DNA from: Cycas panzhihuaensis
Lineage: Eukaryota; Plantae; Cycadophyta
Reading direction: 5' to 3'
DNA: 64,000 nt
Assembly: GCA_023213395.1 (NCBI GenBank)
Contig: CM041465.1
Span: 48,491,741-48,555,740 of the forward strand
Of this stretch, positions 1 to 12,309 are shown in pieces. The stretch's first letter is position 1. The number at the start of each line of letters is the position of its first letter. The notes beneath the pieces were generated by a model. The model worked only from the letters and a program-made list of their open reading frames with translations. It did not search any database and was not told the origin of the DNA. A program made the translations under genes and the position numbers.

Positions 1-1811
1 CCACTTCCACCTTCTAACCAGGAGTGCACACCTTATCTTCATCAATTTATACATGTGGGTGCTCAACATATGTAGGTAAGTTTAGTTAATTTAAGTTAAG
101 TTTATTTTGAGTTAAGTTTATATTATTTTATTGTTATTTAAATTTTAGGGATTGAGGAGTTTCCCTCCTCCCCCAAACTATATAATTTGAGGGTTGCGCA
201 ACCCTGGTGTCTTTAGACACCACCTTCAATATTGGACATTTGTAACTCTCTTCTTATAATATGGATTGAATACAATGGATCTCATGATTATGCAATAATG
301 ATGTATTGAAGTTTTGATTATCTCTTTTATGTTCTACGCTGTTCTCCATCTTTTTATTTCCTTCATCTGGTATTAGAGTGTGGTTTAGCTCCATCATTTT
401 CCTTCATCTGGTATCAGAGCAAGATTATTTGGCTATTACATCTCCTATTGAAGTTTTTTTTTTAAGAAGAAAGATTTATTGGCATCTTAAGGAAGATTTA
501 CTCACAATAAGAAAGATTGGTTATATTCATTTTCTAAAAAAAATTTCAGTAATTTTTTTATATTTTTTATCAAATTTGATTACTCTTAAAGATATACTTG
601 TGATATAACAAACATATTTTAGATTTTCTTCACATTTGTATAGGTGTATAGTTGCAAATGATAAATATCAAGTTTTATCACTTTACAGAGGTTTCATTAA
701 TAAGTTTTATATATTTTCTATCATATATTTGACTATTTTCAAGCATATTTCATCTATTTATCCAATAATTTTTTACATCTATATAGGAGTTCAACTACAA
801 GTAATATTTATTCAAAGTTCTCTTTAGATCTGCTATATATCTTTTAGATCTAAATATTTTATCATATATTTTACCCATTTTTAGCAGATTCTTGTCTATT
901 TATCTTATATTTTTTTAGATATGCACAGGATTTAGGTACAAGCAGTATTTATTTAAAGTTTTCTTCAAATCTTCTATATATCCTTTAGATCTACTCATTT
1001 TATCAAATATTTAATAGTTTTTTTATTTATTTTGTTTAGATCTATAATGTTTACTCAAGTTTCCTTCAAATCTGCTATATGTTTTTTAGATCTACTTATT
1101 TTATTAAGTATTTCACCATTTTCTAGTTGATTTATTTCAAATCTGTAATATTAGTTATAGATTTACAGTATTTACTTTAGATATGCTATATTTGTTTTAG
1201 ATTTGTAATATTAGCTACAAATCTACAATATTTACTTTAAATTTGTAGCTACATTTACTTACAGATTTTTTGTACCACTTCATAATAGAAGGACACATGT
1301 TGTTAGAAGGTTGAAGCAAGTTAATAAACATCAAGTTAAGAGACAGATCTTCAAAAAAAATTTCAAGTATAAATTTCATAAGTTTAAAGAGAAGATATTA
1401 TTCATGGTGATTATTAAGGGGGAGAATGTTGGGGTTAATACTCATCACCCCACTCCCACCTTCCAATCAAGAGTGCACACCTCATCTTCATCAATTTATA
1501 CATGTGGGTGCTCAACATGTGTAGGTAAGTATAAGGTAAGTTTAGTTAATTTGAGTTATGTTTATTTTGAGTTAAGTTTACATTATTTTATTACTATTTA
1601 AATTTTAGGGGTTGAGGAGTTTCCCTCCTCCCCCAAACTATATAATTTGAGGGGTGTGCAACCCTAGTGTCTTTAGACACCGCCTTCAATATTGGACATT
1701 TGTACTACTCTTATATAAACATGGATTAAATATACAAGCTATTGTGTTTATGCTACTATGCAAAAATGATCTATTGATATATTGATTATCTCTTTCATGT
1801 TTTTCCCTATT
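1..1811 (+). mobile_element. Non-autonomous LTR element (TRIM/small-LARD-like), copy 1; starts before the window, 3' LTR truncated
   Basis: Partial 5' LTR 1-406 ending CCTTCA; tRNA-iMet PBS TGGTATCAGAGC at 409-420; ~1 kb non-coding interior; PPT AAGGGGGAGAA 1416-1426; 3' LTR starts TGTTGGGG at 1427 and loses similarity to copy 2 at ~1811. Colinear with 35073-41716. Confidence 0.9.
409..420 (+). promoter_or_regulatory. Primer-binding site (tRNA-iMet); a second PBS-like copy lies at 368-378 inside the LTR end
   Basis: TGGTATCAGAGC 2 nt after the LTR-terminal CA; TGGTATTAGAG 41 bp upstream, after another TTTCCTTCATC. Confidence 0.9.
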
Positions 1812-4800
1812 TCTAGAATTCTACAATAAGGTTTTTCTAGTAGATTTGGTATACTAAGAGGAGATTAGTTAATAAGCTAAGAATATAGAATACATCCTTA
1901 ATTGAACTATGTTTCAAAGTAGCATCACCTATTCCTTTGAATTTAAGATAGGATCCACTCCTAAGATAGATTTCTTCTTTGAAATTTAGATTAGATTGGT
2001 ATGAAGTGAGGTATTTTTTGTGTCCTATTATATGATGGGAAGAACCAAAATTTAGAATCCACAAAGGTGGTTAATTGGATGGAGCTAAAAAAGATGATGT
2101 GGAGGTAATTAGGGAATGGTTAGAATTATGAGATTGTGATTGGATACCATTAGAAGCTTTCTAGGCTTCATAGGTAATTGTATTCCTATAGGCATTAATG
2201 GTGTGCCTCTTTTTATAACAGTAAGCATAGTTAATGTTCTTATTAGGATTAGGATTGATAGTATTCCTTTTTGGGAATGACTATTTGGAAGTATTCTAAG
2301 ATTTAGGTAATCTAGAATGCTTAGTGTTATGATGAGGATTATTTGGAGTAGATAAACCTCTATGATGTCTTTGGGATTTGGGATGATTATGATGATTATT
2401 TTGATAGTTATTTTGATTTTTAGATTTACTAATTGGTTTTCACTTGGAAAAAAGAGCTTGTGAAGGTTCTTTAACTTTTCTATTCTGAATCAGTATGGTT
2501 TGATGTTCAACTAGTTGATTTATTAATTGATCAAAGGTAATTGGTAAATGTCCTGCTTGTTGCCTAGTAGTTATAAAAAGATTAAAATATTTTAGGAGTT
2601 TATTGATTACAAGATGAACGAGTGTATCATCATCTTTTGCATGTGTTATAGTGACCACTTTATCACCTACTTCTATGGAAGATTTGATATAATTTGCTTG
2701 GCCTTTGTTAATGACTTGAAGTTTTGATAAGAAATCTTTAACTTTAAGAAAGTTAGCATAATTTAGATCGTACATTTATTGTTCTAAAATAGCTAACTAA
2801 TATGTGTCAACCTTATTATACTTTTCCTTAAGAGTCTTCTAGACAATGGCAAGATCATCTGTATCATAGAACTTCATGCTAATGTCTAGAGAGAGGGAGG
2901 TTAGGATGGTACCTAGGGCTCCATCAGAGTTCATTAGATAGACTATATAAGTTTCTGATGTTTTGTCTTTGGCTTTTATAAATTCACCTATGACATATCA
3001 CCATAGCTTTTATTGTTTAAGCTGATGGGATATTCTATTTCTCTAGTTGGCATAATTTAAGCTAGTTAATACTAGAATTAGTATATAGGAGGTTGTCCCT
3101 AACATGAGTGCCATATTAGGAATGAACTGGCGATTAAAGATCCTCTTGGACAAAAAGTAAAAGAGGTTATGACAAGTTTTGACTGAAATTTATTATGACT
3201 TATGTAGGTGAATAAAATAGTGAAATAGTGATTTAATTATTTAATTAATAAACTACATGAATTTATTAAATTATATAAGAAAATGATGTAATTAATTGAT
3301 AAATTTGATTAAAAATTAAATGTGTTTTATATTAAAGTAATAACGTTTTAAAAAATATTTAAAAAATTATAGGTTAGAGTCATGTACTTGAACTTGCCTA
3401 GTTGATATGAAATACTTGACTTTGATTAAAGATTTGTTGATCAAAATGGCATCTAAAAAGCTTAAAAGACTAATTAAAATATCCATATCTGAATCATGAA
3501 TCTGACGTATCTTTTGGAATTGAATTCTAACTCTGTATAAGGAAGTTATAGGAAAAAAGGTAAAGGTATCCCTTTTTTGCTTTAAAAAAAAAAAAAAAGA
3601 ATTTAAACTCCTTTCATGATAGGATCAAGGTCATATTATAGACTGATGTGACTAGGGGGTTAGTGGGTCAGGGGGATAACATAGCCAAAATCCAAATAAA
3701 TCAAATTTAATAAATTTTGACAATGTAAAAAAAAAATGATGTTATATAAACGTTTAAGGTCCAACCAAACATAAAAAAATAATAATAATAAGATTTTATC
3801 CCTAAATGTTAGGGTTTTGAATCAAATTATAGTGTGCAGGGGTTGCAATGGTTGGCATTCAAATGGATGCTATGTTTCATGTTTAGGTGTTTATTTGCAT
3901 TCCTTCTAAAGATGATGGCATCTCCTTTGTGTAATGGTTATTTTCTCAACAGAGGATTGGGACCTTGAGTGATGTCTTTGCCTCCAGATTAAACATGTGT
4001 TGGCCTTGGTATGTGGGTGTCTCCACATCTTGATCCTCTCTAAGTGTCTCTACATTGGCTTCCTCTAAGTATCTCTATGTTTATATTACAAGTTTGCATT
4101 TTAGTTAGAGTTGGCATGTTCTTCTTCTGCACTCATTGCATCTTCTCTATGATTCTCCAGAAGATGACTCTACGTCTACCATGCCTTCTACATATTTAGC
4201 CTTTGATTACTTAATAATTAGGGCTTCATCTATGGGATTTGAATATAGAGAGCTACGTGATGTAGTGTATTGAAAGATCTGCATGATTCTAGAAAGATAT
4301 GGTACTGGCATCCTTCATCGATGGTGTGTCTTTATTTATGTCCTTGCATATGATTATATAATATGGGTATCTACATCTATGTATGTAGAATGCAGAGCAA
4401 TGATGACTTAGCTTCATATCAATAGCAAGAAGACTATTATAAGAAGAGAGAGAGGCAATTGCATGAAGGAGTTTTTGAGTGGTTGATATGATGAAATAAA
4501 GTAGTAGTCGCATCTCCTTCTTGATTAATTAGTGGCATGTACAACCATTTCCTATATATTTATATACTAGATTCTAAATCCCACTTTTAAACTTACTCTA
4601 ATACCATGTTAAGATCATGAGGGTACATCAGAGATCTTTGCATAAAAGGAGTAAAAAGGCTTTATACCATAAACACTCATAATTACACCAAATTTGATAA
4701 GTGGAAAACCCCTTTGGGGGATAAAAAACCAACTCAAGAATTAATATAATATTATAATAATATATGAGATGATATAGTGAAGATGGTTGAGGATCTCATC

Positions 4801-5003
4801 CTCCCTCTCTTTAACCTTCTACCTACATAACAAAACCAACCATGCTCCCTGACATTCCAGTAGCCTTGAATAAATAGTTTTAGAATAATTAAGAGAGAAA
4901 AGTTTGTTGAATTGGATAGTTGGCTAATTCACCAAACTTTTGTAATAACTTATTAAACTAATTAAATGCATATAAAATCATAACATTAGGGTATAATTCT
5001 AAT
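1812..5003 (-). mobile_element. Decayed Ty1/Copia 5' half (LTR, PBS, long leader, gag, protease)
   Basis: Minus-strand PBS (ACTCTAATACCA at 4595-4606) next to an LTR starting TGTTAAG at 4607 and ending near 5003. Gag remnants 2200-3110 (ORF 2440-2775). Protease-like WILNFGSSHHIIG (from WILDSGAS.HM) in ORF 1837-2064. Many stops. Confidence 0.8.
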
Positions 5004-8000
5004 AGGTATGAAGAGTAGTAGATGATTAAATGACAGTATTATCAATAGGAAAGAGGCCAAAATGTCTAAATTTACACAACAAAATTTTAGAAGCAAGTTG
5101 TTATGTTGGTCATCTCTTTACTGGGCAAAGATATAATGCTAAAATATATTGGAGGACTACACCAACATATTCAACAAGAATTTCAATTATTTAAAGTTAA
5201 ATTTCTTAATAAAGCTAATAAGAAAGTGATCACCATAGAGAAGAGGAATAAGAAGATGTACACTAAGAAGAAAAAGTTTACACCTCAAGAAGTAAACAAC
5301 AACCTGCCCAAGGAAAGTAGTTTCTAGGAAAAGTTAGACAATAATTGATTGGGGGTTTTGGTAAGAAAAAACAAGCCGATACCACTTAAATCAAAATCTC
5401 TTGTACATATTATAAATGGATAGGATACAACATAGAAGATTGTTGGTTCTTACATCCAGAGAAGCAGTCCAAGAAAAAAGGAAAAGGTAAAGCCAAAGCT
5501 AAAGAAAAAGCTTTACTTAACTCTATTGGAGATAACAATGTTTGTAGTACTAAAGGAGCTGATGAGAAGTCAATGCTCATGGCTAATGCTAAGCCCAAAA
5601 ATAGCCTCTAATGAGTTTATCTAGAGATTAGATATGAGCTCTTCATGGTTTGAATCCAAGTGAAGTGAAGTATTGTTGATGCCATCTTTGATGGAGGTAG
5701 TCAAACGAACTTAATCTTAGAGGCATTGGTGAAAACATTGGGATTAAAAATGCATGCACATATAAAACCATATCCTCTTTGATGGCTACAAAAAGACTTA
5801 GAGTTACAGGTTACTCACCAATGTAAGTTCAAATTTATAATTTCTAAAAATTTCATTGATGAAGTTGAATGTGAAGCAGTTTCTTTGGATGTTTGTCACG
5901 TTGTGTTTAGTAGCCTATATCTCTATGATAGAGATGGAGTCCATCATAGGAGGCTAAGAAAGACTCAACTCATCAAGGATGAGAAATCATATTTGATCAA
6001 TGCATGAAAGTTACAAAGGAAGATCTCCTTCATATCCTCCTAATAAGTGAAAAGGTTGATTAATGTTTATGGGAAATTTGTGCCGATGATGGTGAAGTAA
6101 AAGGTAGAAGAAAGGGAGTAAGAAGAGTTCTTAATGCAGGCACTAGATAAGAAATAATTATAATAGATTAAAGGCATAAGGAATACATATAATGACATAT
6201 TCTAGGAGCCAAAAGGATTGCCCCCTAAGAGGGAAATTAAACATAAAATCTAGCTAGTTTTTTATTCACCTTTGCCTAATCCTAGTCTCTACCAAAACTC
6301 AGTTTTGAAAAATGAAGGGATTAAGAAGTAGATTTAAGAACACTTAGCATAAGAAGTGATCAAGCCAAGTTGTTCCCCTTGTAGTTCACCTATTATTTGG
6401 TGCTAAAGAAAGATGGAGGATGGAGAATATGCATTGATTACTAGGCTTTAAACAAGATCACCATAAATAATTGACATTCCCTACCATGGATAGATGACAT
6501 GTTCGATTAGTTGTAGTCTGCAAGATATTTCAGTAAGTTGGACTTAAAATTAAGCTACCATTAGGTTTGAATCTAGGAGGAGGACACATGGAAAATAGCA
6601 TTTAAATCAAAGTAAGGGCTATTTGAATGGATGGTGATACCCTTTGGTTTGTGAAACATACCTACCACCTTCAAGAGGTTGATGAATAAGGTATTAAGAC
6701 CCTTCATTAATGATTTTATTATTGTTTATCTATATGATAATCTAATTTTCACCCAAGTTTGGGAGGAACACCTCCAACATGTTGAGTAAGTATTGAAAAT
6801 GCTTTAAGAGTAGTAACCAAAACTTAATCTAAAGAAGTGTGAGTTTGGAAAGCAATATCTTATCTTCTTAGGCTTTGTAGTTAGAGGAGGAGAATTAAAG
6901 ATTGACCTAATAAAGATTAGAGTCATTCTCAATTGGACAACACCTAAATTAATCACAGAGGTAAGAAGTTTTATTAGTGTTTGTCAATATTTAAGGAAAT
7001 TTATTTTCAAATTCTCTAAAATTATAGCACCTCTCCATGCATTTATCGGAGGACATGTAAAGTTTCTTTGGAAGAATGAACAAGAGAAAGCTTTTAGGCT
7101 TCTAAAGCAAAAAATTTATGAGGCACAAGTATTAGCCTTACCCTTATTACAAAAGCCATTCAAGTTAGAGACCGATGCTTTAGGCTATGCCATGGGAGAA
7201 GTATTGAAGTAAGAGGGAAGACTGATATCATACCATTCAGAATTTTTTAAGAGAGTTGTAATAAACTACCTAACTTATGATAAGGATCTCTATGCATTGC
7301 ACCAAGCAGTCAAGCATTAGAGACCATACTTGTTGGGAAAGGAGGTAGTCATCCAAACCAACTATAAGCCTTTGTAATTCTTGTAGACTCTATCCAAACT
7401 ATAGCAGGCTAGACATATGAAGTGGATGTCCTAATTATAGTAATTCTACATCATGGTCAAATACAAGAAAGGCACATCAAACAAAATTATAGACTTGCTA
7501 TCTAGACCTCCTCAATAGCAAGGTATTTCTAGATTATTAGTAGCTATGAAAATTTAGCCTTTTTGCCATGATGAATATGTTGGTTTGTACATGGAAGATG
7601 GGGCATTAAATCCTATCTTGGAATAACTAAAACTGGGTGAAATAGTTATTAATTTTTAGCTAAAATCTTTAGCTCAAGAGCTAGGGAGAGTAGGGGTGTT
7701 AGCTGCCACAACTGGCAGCTAAGGTGGGCTATATCCCTAGCCACCCAAACCTTCTTTATTCTTAGAGAAAAAGGAGTGACCCGTCTGAGACAGAAAAGGG
7801 AGGAGCCAAGGTCTGAGGGAGACATAGACAAAGGATGATCTAAGGACAAATGAAACCCCTCTAATAGACTCCACACTACGAGAAAGTACCATTACTAGTT
7901 TTGAAGCATAACAAGCTTTACATTCCAAACGTATAGACTAAATAAAGTGGGTAAGAGAAGCTCACATCTCTCAAGTTATAGGACACTTTGCAGTGGGAAA

Positions 8001-9279
8001 AACATTATTGAATTTGCAATGATATATACATTGGCCAAATATATAGTATGACATAACTATAATAGTACGAGAATATACATTATGTAGCACATCAAAGTTG
8101 GATAATAGGAAGTTGGGATAGTACACTCCACTTCTGTTCCATCGTGACCATGGAAGAGTAACTCCATGGATTTCCTCAGAGGACTACTATAAATCAAAAA
8201 TGGTATAGATTATTTCTTTGTATTTATTAATCAATTAAGTAAGATAATGGTGTTGATTCCCTGTAGGAAGATACATATAAGAGAAGACATAGCTAGACTA
8301 TTTTTTTAACATGTTTAGAAGTATTTTGGGCATCCAAACTTAATCATTTTTTATCAAGATAGCAAATTTTTTAGTCATTTTTGGTAAACTCTTTAGGGAA
8401 TGATGCACATGAAGCTAAAGATGAGTATGGTCTTTCATCCTTAAATAGATAGCTAGACTGAAGTTGTCAATAGGATGTTGGTGTAGTTAGTATGAGGATA
8501 TAATGACAGGCATCCTAAAACTTGGGATGAAATTCTTCCATACTTACAATTTGCTTTCAATATAATAGTCCATAACTCAACTCAAAAATCACCATTCAAG
8601 GTATGTTTGGGATTTCTGCCTGTAAGTCCATTTGATTTAGAATTTTCAACTCAACTTTATATAGAAAATGGAAAGAAGGAAGAAGGATAAGAGAAGGCCC
8701 AAATATTCTTAGAAAGAATTACAAAAATTCATCAACAAGTAGAGTAGCAACTTTAAAAATCTCAATATAGATATAAACAAAGGCATGATGCACATAGCAC
8801 TAACTATTCCTTCAAGGAAGGAGATCAAGTAGGTTATATCTCAATAAGAAAAGATTATAAGGTGAAGGTAAAAAGTTGAAGCCTATACATTGTGGTCCCT
8901 TTACAATCTTAAAAAATATTGGGAAAAATATTTTTTAGCTTAAATTTCCAAAATTTATGAAGATACATTCAATTGTGAATGTTGAGAATTTGAAGATGTT
9001 CGAGCCATCCATGTTGGATAAAGATGAAGATAGAGTTCCATTTTTTCCAAATCCAGAGTAGTTACAAGTGGAGAAAGAAGAACTAATGCAAAACAATTGC
9101 ATTATTCAAAAGAAATAGATCATAACTAGAAGAGGCACAATTGAGTCCTTCAAGATTGTAGAGAAAGGATAAGTACTTAGCAAAACAAAATGGTATAGAA
9201 GGGAGAAGGGAAGAATTAAATTCCCTTATTTATATTTATAAGGTTCATGAGACCATGAACTCCTAAAAAAGAGGAGTTC
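5004..9279 (+). mobile_element. Decayed Ty3/Gypsy gag-pol (gag 3' part, PR, RT, RNase H, integrase, C-terminal extension)
   Basis: PR AIFDGGSQTNLI ~5680; RT KKDGGWRICIDY*ALNKIT ~6410 and VYLYDNLIF ~6725; RNase H LETDALGYAMG ~7165; integrase WKSNSMDF ~8150; C-terminal TRRG...KTKWY ~9125-9200; purine tract before TGATT at 9280. The 5' end is interrupted by the Copia LTR. Confidence 0.9.
7666..7890. other. ~225-bp GC-richer structured insertion between the RNase H and integrase regions of the Gypsy
   Basis: Host frame NF*LK...KHNKLYIP is interrupted. The insert has hairpins TAGCTC-AA-GAGCTA (7670-7683), TTAGCTGCCA-CAAC-TGGCAGCTAA (7699-7722) and GGTGGGCTA...TAGCCACC (7723-7745). Confidence 0.65.
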
Positions 9280-9419
9280 TGATTCAATTTCATATGTATT
9301 AAATCCATATTACTCTTCAAAATGAGTATAAAAACATTAGGATGATACTTATTTCAAATGTTCATCCTTTAGTAGGCAGAAAAATGTAATATAGACTTCT
9401 AAAATACAAAGAAAATACA

Positions 9420-9590
9420 TATTGGTATGACTGTGCTTTACCAAGGTGCAACTAGAAATCCACAAGTATGACTAGAAGCATCTAAAAGTGCAACCAAGAG
9501 TTTACAGGTGTGACCAAACTACAACCAAGTGTGACTAGACTATAGCTAGGTACAACTAGACTGTAACCAAGTATGACCAGATAGACATCT
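9420..9590 (+). repeat. Degenerate ~21-bp tandem repeat (inferred ancestor ~GGTGCGACCAGACTGCAACCA)
   Basis: Units such as gtgtgaccaaactacaaccaa / gtgtgactagactatagctag / gtacaactagactgtaaccaa. Confidence 0.7.
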
Positions 9591-12309
9591 AATGGTTTAA
9601 AAGTGATCTCTTGATCATAGAAAATGCCTAACTCAAGTGTACACCTATCATCAAGTTAGAACAATGGTTTTATTAACTATTTTTCATCAGTTATAAACTA
9701 AAGAGTGAAGATATAAAAAATGAAAGGAAAAAAATAATTAACATAGAGAATGCACAGGATGCATGGAATGCACGAAGGGCACAAAAGGTACTTAAGGAGG
9801 CCGAGAGTCACAAACACAACCAAGGGGAAAGAAAAAAGAGTCATAGTAGTCTTCAAGAGATGCATGAGTTTGCCATTATCCTAGATATGGGTAGTAGTGA
9901 CATAGAAGAGGAATAGACAGAAGAAGAGTATAGAGGAAATGATGAAAGCCTAAATCTATTCCTAAGGCATAAGAGGAGTTTGAAAAGGTTTCAACATAAT
10001 ATGGGAAAGATGTAAATAGTGGTAGCAGTCTAGAGAAGATGCCCAAGTCAATCGATAACCCAAAAGAGGCTTGTGACTAAAACAAAAGGTAAATCCTCGC
10101 TTCTTGAAAACTGGAAAACCATTCTAAATGAGATGTAGTAGACTAGTTCATTCTCTACATACTTTCCTTCATTCTAGATTATTGTAAAAGTCACATATAT
10201 GCTCATTAGAGCACAAAAATAATAGAATTTTTATAAGAACTTTTGAAATGTTAAAGGTAATATATTATATATTGATACTGAGTTTATCTCAATTGGATAA
10301 AGTCTTTACTTTCCCATTCAAATTTAGATAAAAAACTATATGCATTACCAAGTACACTAGATTTAATATGATAAAAGCCTAGCAAAGTGTTAGGGAAACA
10401 TCCATACAAGAAAGGTATCAATCTTTATTAATCAAGAATCAACAATAACCAATAGTCACCCATAATATAGAAAACTATAATATAATAATAAATTACCTAA
10501 TTTGGGTTATATATAAGAAGGTACATAAATCTCAATTATCAGATCTAGGGCCTTGATGATAAATGATCCTAATTCTCTTTACAATTTAATAGGTTTTAAA
10601 TCCTAAAATTTTGTTTTAGGGGCTACCACCCCTGAACCCCTAGGCCAAGGGGTGTATTACCACCTACACCCCTCAACTAAAGGGGGTTGGTACCTCCCTT
10701 AGATCCCTCCAAGGAAAGTTAATAGAGAAAATTGTCACTGAAACAAGTCAAAATTTTAGACTCCTTATACATTGTTATCATATACCAAATAAGTTGTTTC
10801 TAAGGTTTGATTTGTGTATCAACTTGCTACTCTTAAACTTGAAAATATATATATATAATAAAAAAACTTCTTTAGAATGAAATAACTACATTAAGCAAAT
10901 AATATCTAGCCTAGTTTAAAATGCCAAAAGCAACTAATGTTTGCTCTTTATATTTAACTAAAAGAACTCTAAGAAGAAAACAATACTACAACTAGTGGTT
11001 ACCTAAGATTCAACGAAAACTTTTTATGGAAAGAATAGTTCTACAAAACCTATATAAGGAGGAGAAAATGCTCCCTACAAAAGAGTCTCCACAAAGAAAA
11101 GATGCAACTACCCTCTATTGGAAGACTTCTAAATTATAATAACAATCTATGGAACAAAAGTCTTAATAGTCTGCAATGATAGTCTTTAGTAGTAAATCTC
11201 ATCATGGTCTATAATGACAATCTTTAGTAGCAAATATCTTCATGATGACTAATTAAAAGCTTCATACAAAGTCTTTGTAGAGAGGAAAAATCCTCATGAT
11301 GAGTGGTCAACTACTTCAATGAAGTGGATGGTCAATAAACTTTAGACAAAGTCTCCATATAAAGGAAACATTTTCATAATGATTAGTCAATAACTTTAAA
11401 TATACCTCATGAATAGATAAGTATCTCTAATATTACCTATGGGCTTCAAACTTTTCACTAGTGAAAAATTAACTCCAAATTTACAAATGTATCCAACTAT
11501 GGATGTCTTCAAACCTATGAGCATTTGAACTCTCCACTCTTTCTATAAATATCAAAATCCACAAAGGAATCTACACAAAACAAACTATAAAAAATCCACA
11601 TAAAATTTTAAAATTCCAAACATCTCCCTCATAGTGTTGATGAAATGAAGAATAAAATACTATAGAAATTGATAAATTTAGACTTTAAACACAAAGAAGA
11701 AACCCCTCACAGTGTCCATAGAAACTAGAAAGAAAAAAACATTATAAAATAGTCCTCACAATGTCCATGGACTAAATAACAAGAAAAAAAAAAAGAATTG
11801 AACAAATTTCACTATGTGAATTGAGAAATCCATGCAAGTATTGAAGAAATTCAAGTCATAACACTATAATGTAGAGCATCATCCATTGTATAACTAGAGA
11901 AATCCACACTGGTATTTTAGAAATTTAAATTCTAGCATTATAATCTAGGGCATCATAAAAAAGATACCTCAATCACACACCATTTTAGGGCATAAAACCC
12001 ACAACAGTAAATGCCTAATCCAAATCTCTCTTTAAAATAGAGAGTAACACAAGCAAGATCAATTATTTAGGGCTCAAAGCCCAAAACAATGAATGCTTGA
12101 ACACTTGAAAAATGGTGAAGAGAAACCTTCAAATAGATCACCAAGAATAAAGAAAAAAAAATTAAAGAGGGGAGTATTGCATTTGAAAAGAGGGTACACA
12201 AATGACTTTAGTACTCTAATACCATCAAGGAGTATGCAAAGAATGTAATAAATGAAGTAAGTATAAAATTTACATAATAAATAATCTTACTTTATAATCA
12301 ATTTGAAAT

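Noticed and set aside
1311-1601. ORF shared with 41246-41443 as a conserved small gene
   Set aside because: It spans the PPT and 3' LTR of a repeated element; the similarity is just repeat homology.
7805-7870. Hammerhead ribozyme (CTGA...GAAAC)
   Set aside because: CTGAGGG does not fit CUGANGA and I could not build stems I-III by eye. Kept only as a generic structured insert.
10615-10712. GC-rich hairpins (AGGGGTGTA...TACACCCCT) as a terminator or Helitron end
   Set aside because: No CTRR end or other element boundary found; looks like a common decayed TE-internal motif.
12213-12224. Minus-strand PBS defining another element over ~10900-12300
   Set aside because: The motif is present, but I could not identify a matching LTR pair or coding domain.
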